Shown here: in pieces, positions 21,624-32,579 of the stretch
Position numbering within the stretch: position 1 is the first letter of the stretch
Layout of the letters: every line of letters starts with the position of its first letter
Assembly (NCBI GenBank): GCA_963708075.1
Contig: OY970194.1
Span: 1,568,001 to 1,632,000, forward strand
Reading direction: 5' to 3'
Source: Sedimentisphaerales bacterium
GTDB lineage: Bacteria > Planctomycetota > Phycisphaerae > Sedimentisphaerales > Anaerobacaceae
DNA length: 64,000 nt
Translations under genes and position numbers: made by a program
Notes under the pieces: model-generated
Seen by the model: the letters and a program-made list of their open reading frames with translations, nothing else
Told to the model about the DNA's origin: nothing
Database searches by the model: none

Positions 21624-22568
21624 ATGGCAATGATCAGCAATATCGTGTTCACAAAGAACCGGCCGTTGCAGTTGGACGGCTACCTGCGAAGTCTCTACAG
21701 GCATTTCCCGTCGGAGCTGATTCAGACGCATATCGTCTATAAGGCGGACCGATTCGAGAGCGAATACGATCGGCTTTTCCGCAAGTTCCCGGATTGTCTT
21801 GTGACGAGGGAGAGCGACTTTCACAGGGATATCATGGGCATCCTGGACCGCGTAGAATCCAGGTATGTCCTGTTCGGCGTCGATGACACGGTGTTCTTTC
21901 GTTCCGTGAGGTTCGAGGTGATCGAAGAGACGTTCTCCCGTCACCACGAAGACGTCTTCGGCTTCACGCTCCGGTTCAGTCCCGACTCTCTGGCAGGCGC
22001 TGGCGATGAGATTACCGAGCTTTCCGTGGCAGGCGAAACGATCTACCGGGTCAACTGGAAACGTGGCCGCACACCGCATACGCGGTACCCCTTCGAGCTC
22101 GGCTGCACCTTCTACAGGACTGAGCTGGTGAGGAAGATTCTGCGAGGCTCCATGAGTGACAGCCGCCTGGCGGCCAAGCTGTTCATGCCTTCCTCTCCGC
22201 TGATGCAGGTGTTGGGGCCGCTGGGCCTGAGGCGTTCGACCCTGAAGCGTTTCGGTTACTTCTTTAGCCCAAACACACTGGAATCGTGGCCGTGCCGCTG
22301 GTGCCGCGAGCATGAAGACCTGCTCCCGGATTTCACATATTTCCAAGGGATGTGTGCGGCGGCGATCCAGGTGAACATGGTCAATACCTCTACGGAGAAC
22401 AAGCACTACGGCACGGAGGAACACACCGTGGAGGCCCTCAATGAGAAGTACAAGCAGGGATATGTCCTGGACATCGAATACGTTGCCGCGGAGAAGCCGG
22501 CTGAGCCGAGTTGCGGCCGCGAGTTCTTCAGACTGACAAGCGAGCCATGTCAGGGAGAACAGCGGTGA
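21624..22568 (+). CDS. Hypothetical protein, GT-A-like glycosyltransferase candidate
   Basis: VFTKNRPLQLDGYLRSL, LFGVDD (DD motif), YPFEL; located in the glycan cluster. Confidence 0.55.
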   Translation: MAMISNIVFTKNRPLQLDGYLRSLYRHFPSELIQTHIVYKADRFESEYDRLFRKFPDCLVTRESDFHRDIMGILDRVESRYVLFGVDDTVFFRSVRFEVIEETFSRHHEDVFGFTLRFSPDSLAGAGDEITELSVAGETIYRVNWKRGRTPHTRYPFELGCTFYRTELVRKILRGSMSDSRLAAKLFMPSSPLMQVLGPLGLRRSTLKRFGYFFSPNTLESWPCRWCREHEDLLPDFTYFQGMCAAAIQVNMVNTSTENKHYGTEEHTVEALNEKYKQGYVLDIEYVAAEKPAEPSCGREFFRLTSEPCQGEQR

Positions 22569-23611
22569 TGCCAGCCATGCAAACGGCGAAAGAATCTGAG
22601 GTTCGCACCGGCAGAATGAGAAGACTTGTAGATACGATTCTGGGCCGGCGATATGAAATACTGGAAAGAATTGCCAAGGAATTCGACAGTGGGGATTTGT
22701 GCCCCGATATCGTGTATTTGGGAGACTCGACCGTACTGAGAATAGCAGATGAAGACCGAGACAGAAGATCGACCGCTGAAATGCTGGCGGCAGATCTCTC
22801 GGGAAAAGCACGGGTTTTGGAATTGTCTCATGGTGCATATCATATGGGGATCTATTACCATATGGTAAGCACGTTCAGAATCACTCGGAAACGGCCGCGC
22901 CTGGTGGTGATTCCTATCAACATGCGAAGTTTCTCGCCGCAGTGGTACTTGCGGCCAAGCTGGGAATTCAAGGCGGAGATCCGATTGCTCAATAAGTACT
23001 ATTCGGGCAACGGTCTTCGGATTCGCTACAGAAAAGCAGAAACAAAAGGGGGATACGAGCAGATTCCTGTGGAGTACCCCATGACCGGTCTGCGGACTAT
23101 TGGGGAATTTGAGAAGCTGAGACTGAGCAAACCTGATTCATCGACTCAGCAGGAAGAACGGCGAAGAGAGCTGTTTGTGTACTTCTTTTTGTGGCCTATT
23201 TCAGAAGGACATCCGCTTCTCGTGAAACTGAGGGAGACGGTGGAGCTGGCGCGAATGCTCCGTCTTAAGGTAGTGTTCTATATAACGCCGATCAACATGG
23301 GAGCGGCGTTAAGGAGTGTTGGGCGGGAATTTGAACACTACTTCTCACGGAACCTGCAAGTGGTGAAGGATGCCCTCACAGCGGAAAAGTGCCTTTTCGT
23401 AACGAACGGCTCTCCGGAGGGAAATGATCCCTGTGACAATTCGATCGCCTGCATGGATCTTTCACAATCGCTTGGAAGCGAGTGTTTCTTTCACACTGGG
23501 TCGATTGACGAGCACCTGAACGAAAAAGGCAGAAGGTTCGTCTCGAAGGGGATAGAGACCGTCGTTCTCAGGTTACTTGGAGGAGTTGACTCCGCCGGGC
23601 AGCGGGACTAG
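22568..23611 (+). CDS. SGNH/DltD-like protein, more AT-rich than its neighbours
   Basis: YLGDST and C-terminal DEHLNEKG (DxH). Confidence 0.65.
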   Translation: MPAMQTAKESEVRTGRMRRLVDTILGRRYEILERIAKEFDSGDLCPDIVYLGDSTVLRIADEDRDRRSTAEMLAADLSGKARVLELSHGAYHMGIYYHMVSTFRITRKRPRLVVIPINMRSFSPQWYLRPSWEFKAEIRLLNKYYSGNGLRIRYRKAETKGGYEQIPVEYPMTGLRTIGEFEKLRLSKPDSSTQQEERRRELFVYFFLWPISEGHPLLVKLRETVELARMLRLKVVFYITPINMGAALRSVGREFEHYFSRNLQVVKDALTAEKCLFVTNGSPEGNDPCDNSIACMDLSQSLGSECFFHTGSIDEHLNEKGRRFVSKGIETVVLRLLGGVDSAGQRD

Positions 23612-23721
23612 GATGCCAGTCTGGCCCAATTGGGAGGTCACGGCCCCATTCTTACGGTGATAGCAAGGGGGCTTTCCGCAGGAGCAGGTGCAAGGACAAT
23701 AGAAGAACCGGGATTCATTCA

Positions 23722-24396
23722 ATGGAAGAATCGTTAAAGCACTTTCTCGAGCGAACGACGCCGCTGGGGGCTCTTGCCAGAATCCACAGAGAAAGGCAGC
23801 TAAGAAAGAAACTGCGACAGTGGCAGCAGGATGGCGCCGTTGGGCCCATGCCCAATTTGGGCAAGCAGCAGGTCGTTCGGTCCTACGCAAAGCAGTTTTC
23901 GCCGCCAGTCTTCATCGAGACGGGGACCTACAAGGGCAAAATGGTGTATGCCTTGATGCCCTATGTGACGGAGATTTACTCGATCGAGCTCGATCCGACG
24001 CATTACGAGAACGCCCGAAAGAGATTTGCGGGGTACGCGAACATTCACCTTTTCCAGGGCCAAAGCGGGGAAATCCTTCCGGAGGTTCTGAAGGGGATTC
24101 GAAAGCCCTGCCTGTTCTGGCTCGACGCCCATTGGTCCGGCGGCTCGACCGCCCGAGGGGATCTGGAGACGCCGATCATGCGGGAAATTGCGTGTGTACT
24201 GAATCATCCATTGTCGGCGCAGCACGTGATCCTCATTGATGACGCCCGCTGCTTCACCGGTCAGAACGACTATCCGCCGTTGAAAACGGTCGAGCAGTGC
24301 ATTCGTGCCGTCCATCCCGACTGGGTGTTCGAAGTCCGGGATGACATCATCAGGACCCATGCCCGTCAGTCGTCGGCGAATCAGGCGGGAGGCTAA
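23722..24396 (+). CDS. Class I SAM-dependent methyltransferase-like protein
   Basis: FIETGTYKG, SIELD, GQSG, FWLDAHWSG, ILIDDAR. Confidence 0.8.
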   Translation: MEESLKHFLERTTPLGALARIHRERQLRKKLRQWQQDGAVGPMPNLGKQQVVRSYAKQFSPPVFIETGTYKGKMVYALMPYVTEIYSIELDPTHYENARKRFAGYANIHLFQGQSGEILPEVLKGIRKPCLFWLDAHWSGGSTARGDLETPIMREIACVLNHPLSAQHVILIDDARCFTGQNDYPPLKTVEQCIRAVHPDWVFEVRDDIIRTHARQSSANQAGG

Positions 24397-24409
24397 AGAC
24401 GTTGAGCAC

Positions 24410-24750
24410 AGCGTGCGACGCCAATTGGGAGGTCATACACGCCGGACAGATCGACGAAGACGAACGTGATCTCTGTCGGCACAAGGTATTTCCCACGCTT
24501 CGGGATTGACGACGACTCCGTCGAGGCTATGATGACGGACGAGTCGCTGGTCACGTACATCTCCTGCGGGTATGATGGCACTGTTTTCCTTCGCGGCCGC
24601 GGCATAATGCCGTGGCAAGGGATTCGGTATAAGGAATCGCGGGTGCAGCAGTTGCCGCGATGGGCTCGGAAGATCGTGGGAGATCGGAATGTGTTCCGGC
24701 ATCGGGCAGGAAGATGGTTCGGGAAGTTGCGCAACAAGAGAATCCTCTGA
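24410..24750 (+). pseudogene. Probable C-terminal gene remnant, possibly of an FkbM-like family
   Basis: Short ORF ..YFPRFGIDDDS..GYDGTVFLRG..PWQGI reads like a protein C-terminus, with no good start or RBS. Confidence 0.35.
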
Positions 24751-24885
24751 GCGCACGGCCGGGCGATGAACGTGATCTATTCTGACTCTGAGTGAGAACT
24801 ACGGAATGGTAATTGTTGAGCCACGAATGTTAGCTGCACGTGACGATTGCCGACACCATGCTGGTGAGTCGAGGTAACGGACGGC

Positions 24886-26307
24886 ATGCAATTCAATTCC
24901 CTCGTGTTCATTGTCTTTGCCGCTGCATTCTTCGCCATATGGCCGGCGGTTCGCACGCGTCGCAATTCGCGTTGGATTGCGATGGTTATCGCCTCTTTTG
25001 TGTTCTACGGCTGGTGGGACTGGCGGTTCCTGTTCCTCATCACGGCCAGCGGCCTGATCGACTTCTTTGCCAGTCTGGGAATTGAGCGATTCCCCCGGCA
25101 CAAGCGGTTGATCCTGGTAGTCTCGATGCTCGGGAACGTAGGTTCCCTGGCCGTCTTCAAGTACCTGGATTTCGCGATCGGCACTCTCAACGGATCGATG
25201 CGGCTTCTGGGCGTGGATGTGCAGTTGCCGATGGCACACTTGATCCTGCCGGTCGGTATCAGCTTCTACACGTTCCAGTCGATGAGCTATACGATCGACG
25301 TCTACCGCGGCGAGTTGCGGGCAACGCGAAATGTCTTTCATTTCTTCGCTTACCTGTCCCTCTTCCCCCAGTTGGTGGCCGGACCGATCATTCGGGCCCG
25401 GGACCTGCTGCCTCAACTGGAATCAGCCGGACCAGTGATGGAGCTTCAGCGATGGGAGGGTCTCAAGCTCATCGTCTTCGGGTATTTCAAGAAGGTCGTC
25501 ATCGCAGATACCCTGGCGACCGCGGTGAATGCCGCTTTCGCTGCGCCGAGCCCGGCGGATTCAGCGTGCTACTGGTGGATCATCATGGTCATGTTCGCTT
25601 TCCAGATCTTCTGTGATTTCAGCGGATACAGCGATATTGCCCGTGGACTGGCCAAGTGGATGGGCTACGAGTTTCCTGTCAACTTCAACGATCCGTACAC
25701 GGCCTCCAGCTTCCGGGAGTTCTGGCAAAGGTGGCACATATCCCTGTCGACCTGGTTTCGCGATTATGTATATATCCCGCTGGGGGGATCACGCCGCGGC
25801 AAGAGGCGGGCTGTTGTGGCCTTGTGGCTGACCATGCTCATCTCCGGCCTCTGGCACGGAGCCGCCTGGACGTTCGTTCTCTGGGGCGCCCTGCACGCCT
25901 TCTATCTTTCGCTGGAACGTCTGACCGATTGGCCCCGCAAGTTGGCCAGATTGCCCGCGGGCCGACATCTTGCGCCTTTGGCGGTCTTCGCGCTGACGGT
26001 CGTCGCCTGGGTGTTGTTCCGCGCCCGGACATTCGATCAGGCCATCGCCGTCTTCGCCAGGATGTTCAACCCGGCCGGCTTCGATTACGCACTGGCGCAC
26101 AAACTCATCGACAACAATGCCATAAACGTTCTGCTGATCATGATCGGTCACCAGGTGGCGGTGCATCTCGGCAGGACGACGGAGCTTCGATGGCCGGAAC
26201 GATCCAGAGCCGGCGCTCTGCTCGAGCCCGTTGCCATCGCCGTGGTGATCGTAATCTGTGTGTTTATGCGAGCGCCGAGCAATACATTCATCTATTTCCA
26301 GTTTTGA
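24886..26307 (+). CDS. MBOAT O-acyltransferase (AlgI/DltB-like)
   Basis: LPVGISFYTFQ, FPQLVAGPI, DFSGYSD, FWQRWHISLS, GLWHGA, FIYFQF. Confidence 0.95.
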   Translation: MQFNSLVFIVFAAAFFAIWPAVRTRRNSRWIAMVIASFVFYGWWDWRFLFLITASGLIDFFASLGIERFPRHKRLILVVSMLGNVGSLAVFKYLDFAIGTLNGSMRLLGVDVQLPMAHLILPVGISFYTFQSMSYTIDVYRGELRATRNVFHFFAYLSLFPQLVAGPIIRARDLLPQLESAGPVMELQRWEGLKLIVFGYFKKVVIADTLATAVNAAFAAPSPADSACYWWIIMVMFAFQIFCDFSGYSDIARGLAKWMGYEFPVNFNDPYTASSFREFWQRWHISLSTWFRDYVYIPLGGSRRGKRRAVVALWLTMLISGLWHGAAWTFVLWGALHAFYLSLERLTDWPRKLARLPAGRHLAPLAVFALTVVAWVLFRARTFDQAIAVFARMFNPAGFDYALAHKLIDNNAINVLLIMIGHQVAVHLGRTTELRWPERSRAGALLEPVAIAVVIVICVFMRAPSNTFIYFQF

Positions 26308-26318
26308 GCCGAGCACGC

Positions 26319-27290
26319 ATGATCGATATCGATGCCAAAGACTGTACAATCCGACGCGCCTGTGCCGGGCTCATGGGGGACCGTACCCTCAGAACTCTGA
26401 GCCTGGCCTTGATACTCATTGTGGCAATGGGCTCGCTGCGCCCCGACAAGCCGCGTGGAGTCTATCCGAAGCGGTACTGGGCCGAGAAGATATCCTGGCA
26501 TCACTGCGCCGACATTGTCGTGGCGGGCGACTCTCGCGTCCTGGGAGGCGTCTCACCTGCGGAGATGCGCAACATGCTCACACACTGCCGTATCCTCAAC
26601 TACGGGTTCGCCAGCAACCTCTACGTTCCTGAGTACCTTGAGGCCGTCGAACAGGTTCTGGACCCTGACAGCAGCGTCAAAGTCATTCTTCTTGGGATTA
26701 CTCCTCGTTCCCTGACCGCGGACCCGGATGTAACATATCAGTTCTCCACGCTGAAAGGGACGTCCAGGAGGCAGTTGTATATGGATATGTGCCTGGCGCC
26801 GCTGTTGAGCTTTCTGGAGTACATGTCGTTTCGCGACGCTCTCCAGGGACTCATCCCCTCGTTGGATCAGACTCGGACCCGAAGGGAGCTCTTTGCCGAT
26901 GGCTGGTTGTCATACAGTCGTCAACCGCCGGGGGAGAAGAAGGAGTTGAAAACCTACTACCGGATCTATCAGAAGAACCGGGTGTCGCCGGAAATGGTGG
27001 AGGTTCTGAACCGCTTCGTGTCTCGATGGACGCAGACAGGAATCCGTGTTTATGGGTTTGTGATGCCCACTTGCCGCGAGATGGTGGAACTGGAGGAGCA
27101 TTACAGCGGATTCGATCATCGCCAGTTCGTGGACGGTTTTGAGGAAGCCGGGGGCATTTGGATCGATACGGATCCGGACGAATATGAGAGCTTTGATGGC
27201 TCGCATCTCCAGAGCCATGCGGCCCTGCGGTTCTCCCAGGATCTCGCACAGCGCCTGTACGCGCTCGAACGGGACAAGTTGAACGAATGA
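26319..27290 (+). CDS. SGNH-like partner of the MBOAT (AlgJ/DltD-like)
   Basis: N-terminal TM, AGDSR, FDGSHL; lies directly after the MBOAT gene. Confidence 0.75.
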   Translation: MIDIDAKDCTIRRACAGLMGDRTLRTLSLALILIVAMGSLRPDKPRGVYPKRYWAEKISWHHCADIVVAGDSRVLGGVSPAEMRNMLTHCRILNYGFASNLYVPEYLEAVEQVLDPDSSVKVILLGITPRSLTADPDVTYQFSTLKGTSRRQLYMDMCLAPLLSFLEYMSFRDALQGLIPSLDQTRTRRELFADGWLSYSRQPPGEKKELKTYYRIYQKNRVSPEMVEVLNRFVSRWTQTGIRVYGFVMPTCREMVELEEHYSGFDHRQFVDGFEEAGGIWIDTDPDEYESFDGSHLQSHAALRFSQDLAQRLYALERDKLNE

Positions 27291-27327
27291 TGGTGCCCTG
27301 ATTCCTGTTGGGCAAGAGAGGGACAAC

Positions 27328-28489
27328 GTGAGACACGCCAAGGATACCGGTCGGAAACTGCTCATGATGGTCGTGTCCGTCCTCATGACGCTTGTCGTAC
27401 TCGAACTGGTGGCGCGCTTCTGGATAGGCTACCTGGCGGGAGACAAGCAGTTCCTGAAATACGCTTCGCTGAAAGAACTTCACAAGCGGCCCCACCTGAA
27501 GCCGCGGTATATGCCCCACAGGTACCTGGGTCACTCCCTCACATCCAACTACGTCAAGGGTGCGAATCGGCATAATTCCCTGGGCTACAGGTCGGACGAA
27601 ATCGTCCTACCCAAGCCGGAGGGGGAATTCCGTATCGTCTGTATGGGCGGTTCGACGACATACACTACGGAGGTGGAAGATTACCGGTTGTCCTACCCGA
27701 GCCTCCTCGAGAAAGAACTGCGGGCGCTCGGCTACGCGAACGTGACGGTCATCAACGCCGGCGTAGGATCCTGGACGAGCTGGGAGTCCCTGATCAATTT
27801 CGAGCTGCGCGTCCTGGATTTGGACCCGGACATGGTCATCATTTATGATGGCGTCAACGACCTTCTGACGAGGTTCGTTTGGCCGCCCGAGGCTTACCGC
27901 GGCGACAATTCCGGGGCGGTTTCGCCTCCGGCCATGTCGATGCCGAGCATCCTGGAGTACAGCGCGCTGATGAGGTACGTCCTGGTGCGAGCGGGTCTCG
28001 TGCGAACCGCATTCCTCCATGGACAGGTATCTGGCGGCGCCCCCGCCGACATACTACGCCGCCGAATTCAACGCGCAGAAGGTCAACGGAACGTATCCGG
28101 ACGGCATCTTCAAGAAGGTAAGCGCCGAGGAGATGCTGAAGGTCAACAAGCCCGTCTACTTCCGGCGGAACCTCGAGAATCTCGCCATCATCGCGAACCA
28201 TAGAGAGATACAGACGGTTCTTGCGACGTTCGCGTTTTCGCCTCTGTTTGAGGACCGGCCCATCGTGGCCTCGCCGGAGTGTGTTGCCGCTCTGGAGGAG
28301 ATGAACAGGACGCTGAAGTCCATTGCGGAGGAGTTCCATGTCCACCTGTTCGATTTCGCGAGCCTGTTTCCCACCGATAAACGCTACTACGTCGATGGCG
28401 TTCATGTGAACGTGGAGGGAGCGCGGCTGAAGGCCAGGCTGTTTGCCGAATATATCCACAACAGCCGGTTGATTCCCACACCCCAATAG
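27328..28489 (+). CDS. SGNH/GDSL hydrolase-family membrane-anchored protein, frameshifted near 28005
   Basis: NSLGYR, MGGSTT, INAG, DGVND in the first frame; YVDGVHVN in the second frame. Confidence 0.8.
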
Positions 28490-28503
28490 TCTATCCTGCG
28501 ATC

Positions 28504-29533
28504 ATGTGTAGACCGAAACGGATTCTTGTCATCTATGACATGAACAACAATTCGATCAAGATGTTCTGCCAGATCCACAAGCTGATCAAAGGGCTGGTGC
28601 GTCTTGGGAACGACACGCTCGTCTTCAACTACGCCGGCGCCTTGCAGCAGTTGAGCATCCTCAAGAGCAAGTCGATTTCGGAGCTTCTCTACAAACACCG
28701 AGTGGATGAGATGCTGGCCGCCCAGGCGGCGGACTACGAGCCCGATATCGTACTTGTCACGTTTGCCCGCGTGCTGGATGCCGACAGCCTGCGGGCCGTG
28801 CGTCACGCCGTCCCGAACGCAGTATTTCTGGGATTCGACGACGATCCCTGGCCTAGGCTCCAGAGGAACCGGATCGAGACGGCTCGGGCACTCGATATCG
28901 TGGCGGCGACCAATGATGGGCCGTGGTTAGGCGACTATCGTGACGCCGGCGTGCCTCTGTGTGCCTTTCTGCCGAATGTTTGCGATCCGAGTGTCGAATA
29001 TCGATACGATGTGTCCGACGAATGGAAAAGCGACATGCTGTGGATCGGCAAGCTGTCTCACAGCGCGGACGCCAGTGAGAACCTTCCGCGAAGAGTTGGT
29101 TCACAGGCTCACCCTGCGTGACAAGGTCTCGTTTCATGGATGCTGCGGGAAACCCACGATCGGCGGGATGCGATTTCTATACGCGGTAAGCGGTGCCCGC
29201 ATCGGCGTCAGCATCAACGCGTACGAGCCATCCGTCCAATTCGCACATTCGGACCGGCTCATACGCTTCCTCGCGGGCGGTACGATGGTCTTGTGCAGGA
29301 GATTTGCCGGCGCCGACCTGCTGTTCAAGGAAGGTGAACACATCCGCTACTTCGACCAGATCGATGAGTTCTTTGAGCTGGCCGATTGGTACCTTGCTCA
29401 CGAGCAGGAACGCAGGAAGATCGCCGGCGCCGGAATGGAAAGAGTTCACACCGAGTTCAACTGCCAGAGAATCGCGGGTTATCTGCTTGATTTGGTCGAG
29501 ACGGGCAAGTACACTGCCCCTTGGAATGCGTGA
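28504..29533 (+). CDS. CgeB-like glycosyltransferase, frameshifted near 29080
   Basis: EPDIV..DDDP in frame 1; SDRLIRFLAGG..ERRKIAGAG in frame 2. Confidence 0.8.
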
Positions 29534-30318
29534 TAGCCGTGGATTATCGGGCGTTCCGCCGGTCCTTTGTGGAGGTTTATAGCCAGGTGGGAGACGTCAA
29601 CCAGCGGATCTTCGTGGAGAGGCTCGCCTCGCGTCTACAGGGTCCTTTTCTCGAGGTCGGCTCCCGAAACTACGGAAATACACAGGACCTGCGGAGCCTG
29701 TTCGGACCGGATTGTGAGTACCTCGGCGTGGATCTGGAGGGCGGCCCGGGCGTCGACGTTGCGATAGACCTGGCGGAGGACTTTGCGAGCATCGACGAGG
29801 GACTCCGCGGACGGCGATTCGGAACGATCTTCTGCCTGAGCGTGCTGGAGCACTGTGATCGCCCCTTCGAGATGGCTGATAACCTGACTCGTCTGCTCAA
29901 GCCGGGGGGCTGGCTGTGTATCGCGGCCCCTTTCGCATGGCGGATCCACGACTATCCGAATGACCTCTGGCGGTTCACCCCCGACGGCATTCGGACACTC
30001 TTTCCGCTCATCGAGTTCCAGCCGGAGCAGTGCCTGTCTGCCACAACCCGGCCCGGCGAGTTTGCACCGATAGATGACGATCTCGGCAAGGTGTTCTTCA
30101 GCTTCAACCGGCACCGCAGAAACGGGCACCCGATGCGTGGCGTTTCGGCGGAATTCCTCCGGCTGCTATCAAGAGTCGGTCTGCTGCGATGGCTGGTGGG
30201 GCACCGGCACGTCTTCACGCCGACGACCATTCTCATGGCCGGGCAACGGCGAGGTCTTGCTGAAGTCGATTCCGGGTCCGAGGGCGGCGAAGCAGGATCC
30301 GGCCGGGACATCTCCTGA
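29530..30318 (+). CDS. Class I SAM-dependent methyltransferase
   Basis: LEVGSR, GVDL, LSVLEH, LKPGG, HDYPNDLWRFT; start uncertain. Confidence 0.85.
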   Translation: MIAVDYRAFRRSFVEVYSQVGDVNQRIFVERLASRLQGPFLEVGSRNYGNTQDLRSLFGPDCEYLGVDLEGGPGVDVAIDLAEDFASIDEGLRGRRFGTIFCLSVLEHCDRPFEMADNLTRLLKPGGWLCIAAPFAWRIHDYPNDLWRFTPDGIRTLFPLIEFQPEQCLSATTRPGEFAPIDDDLGKVFFSFNRHRRNGHPMRGVSAEFLRLLSRVGLLRWLVGHRHVFTPTTILMAGQRRGLAEVDSGSEGGEAGSGRDIS

Positions 30319-30329
30319 GGCTGTGACAG

Positions 30330-31337
30330 ATGAATCTGCTGGTCATCACGAATAATCCGCAGAACGCGAGCTTCCGGCAGCGGATCGAACAATATCTGCC
30401 CGCATGGAAGAGAGAGGGCCTCGATTGCGAGATCGCGCGTCTGCCTCGGACGACTTTCGCTCGCTGGCCGCTGTTCGCGCATGCCGGAGAGTTCGACGGC
30501 GTTCTTCTGCACAAAAAGACGATGAGTCCCTGGGACGCCTTCTTCCTGCGTCGCTCCAGCCGATGGATTGCGTACGATTTCGATGATGCTGTTATGTACA
30601 AACCCGAGGCGCCGGCCCGGAACGACCGCCGCCGCTTTCTCGCATTTCGCCGCACCGTCCGGCTTGCAGATCTGGTGATCGCCGGCAACGCATATCTGGC
30701 CGAGCATGCCTGTGCACACAATCCCAATGTACAGATTATTCCGACCGGTCTGGACACGAAGGCTTACACGGGGCAGGCCCGGCCTGAACCGGATGGGATG
30801 ATCCGACTTGTCTGGATCGGCGGCAAGGCGACCTTACCCTATCTCCGGCAGATCAGCCCCGCGCTGGAGCAGATAGGCGCTCGCTTTCCAAACGTCACGC
30901 TCAGGATTGTCTGCGACACCTTCTTCGAGCTGCGGCATCTGCCGGTGGAGCCGCGGCGGTGGTCCCTGCACGAGCAGATCGCGGACCTCGTCTCCAGCGA
31001 TATCGGGCTGGCCCCCCTGCCGGACAATCGATATACGCGGGGCAAGTGCGGCTTCAAGATTCTCCAGTATGCCGCCGCGGGCCTGCCCAGCGTGGCGTCG
31101 CCTGTTGGCATCAACGCACAATACGTGCAACATGGAGTCACGGGCTTCCACGCGACAAACATCTCCGAGTGGATCGGCATGATGACTCACCTCATTCAAG
31201 ACGAACAACTCAGAGCGAGAATGGGGCAGGCCGCCAGGGCAAGCGCAAACGACTTTGATTCAGGCAACGTGGGGGGCCGGCTTGCGGCCATCCTGAAGGA
31301 GCACATGACCGTCCGCGATGCATCCGCCGGACGTTGA
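30330..31337 (+). CDS. GT4 glycosyltransferase
   Basis: YDFDDA, DIGLAPL, GKCGFKILQYAAAGLP. Confidence 0.9.
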   Translation: MNLLVITNNPQNASFRQRIEQYLPAWKREGLDCEIARLPRTTFARWPLFAHAGEFDGVLLHKKTMSPWDAFFLRRSSRWIAYDFDDAVMYKPEAPARNDRRRFLAFRRTVRLADLVIAGNAYLAEHACAHNPNVQIIPTGLDTKAYTGQARPEPDGMIRLVWIGGKATLPYLRQISPALEQIGARFPNVTLRIVCDTFFELRHLPVEPRRWSLHEQIADLVSSDIGLAPLPDNRYTRGKCGFKILQYAAAGLPSVASPVGINAQYVQHGVTGFHATNISEWIGMMTHLIQDEQLRARMGQAARASANDFDSGNVGGRLAAILKEHMTVRDASAGR

Positions 31338-31403
31338 CGCTCGGGATCACGGGCTCATACGTCGAAGTGACAAATGGGCCGTGTCACATACCCCATGGAA
31401 CCT

Positions 31404-32571
31404 CTACTCCTCATCGGAAGCGCCATCAGAGGGGGTATTCTTGAGTTTACGTTCGACCATTTCCTCGATGACGATGTCGGGGTGTTCCTGGTCCACCAAT
31501 AACTCGAGGGATTGTGCCTCGGGAGGGATCGAGGTGAAGGCACTGCGGCAGAAGCACTCGCCCAGGTTTTCCCGCAGACTGCCTCGCACGGCAAACGAAT
31601 CGTGGAACATCACGAGCCGATGCTTTCCGTTCGTGTTCTCCATGGCGACCAGGTCTTCCGGCACAACATTTCGGCTCGATGCGTATTGCGGGGGGATCGT
31701 CAACTGCATGTGCATGGCTGCGCGCGGCGTCCTCGGGACCCAGACCTCGGCGTCTCGCGCCAGCTCTTCGCCCAGGCCCAGCATCATGCTGAGGTCGGTT
31801 GCCTCCTTGCCGACGGCAAGATCAAAACGGTCGCTCGACAGAGGCTGGAAATCAGCGAACCACCCAGTCAGCCGCTTGCAGATCTCCTGGTAAGCAATGA
31901 ATGCTCCGCGGTCCGTCCAGTGAGAATCCAAGGGGTGGTATATGAGTCCTGAGGTCTTGGCCTGCAACAGAGCGGGACGCAAGTCGATGAAATCCACGGT
32001 CGAATGATCGCGCAGATAGTCGAGCAGTTGATCCATCCGAGAACCTGCCCCGGCCTCTCTGAACGTGATCGGGCAGCATCTCCGGGTAAATGGTAGCCTT
32101 ATTCGGCGCGATCACGAGCAGGTAACGAATCCCTCGCTCGCCGAGCCAGCGCTGCCGCTGCTCCAGCGCATCCTTCCAGGCGTCGAGTTCTGCCGTTGTC
32201 ATCCGATTTTGACCGAGAAAGTCCGGGAGAATGCCGGATTTGGTCAGGAATAGCCAGCCGTCTTTTCCGAACAAGACCTTTCCGAATGAACTGCCCTTGC
32301 AGAGCTTATATCGGATCCAGTTGTGCCCCTGGATCAGGCCGTTGCGAAAGCCGAAGTGGTCCTGGTAGAAAGCCTCAAACTTCTCGGGAATCGTGTTTAG
32401 CGGGTCCCGGCCGAGTGTCGGGCATTCCGTCAACACCCGTTTCTCGCCCAGATCGTGCGTGAGGTCCCAGCCCATGACCCCGCCCACCAGCGGCAGGCAG
32501 AGCAGAGCAGAAAATGCCAGCGCCAGCAGTACATCGGCCCGGCTTCTTGTGAATGGCGGCTTCGTGCTCAT
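31404..32571 (-). CDS. AlgJ/AlgX-like SGNH O-acetyltransferase, frameshifted near 32042
   Basis: DHFGFR, GKDGWLF, APNKATIYPE, then DSHWT..HDSF..VER. Confidence 0.85.
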
Positions 32572-32579
32572 CGCTGTCC

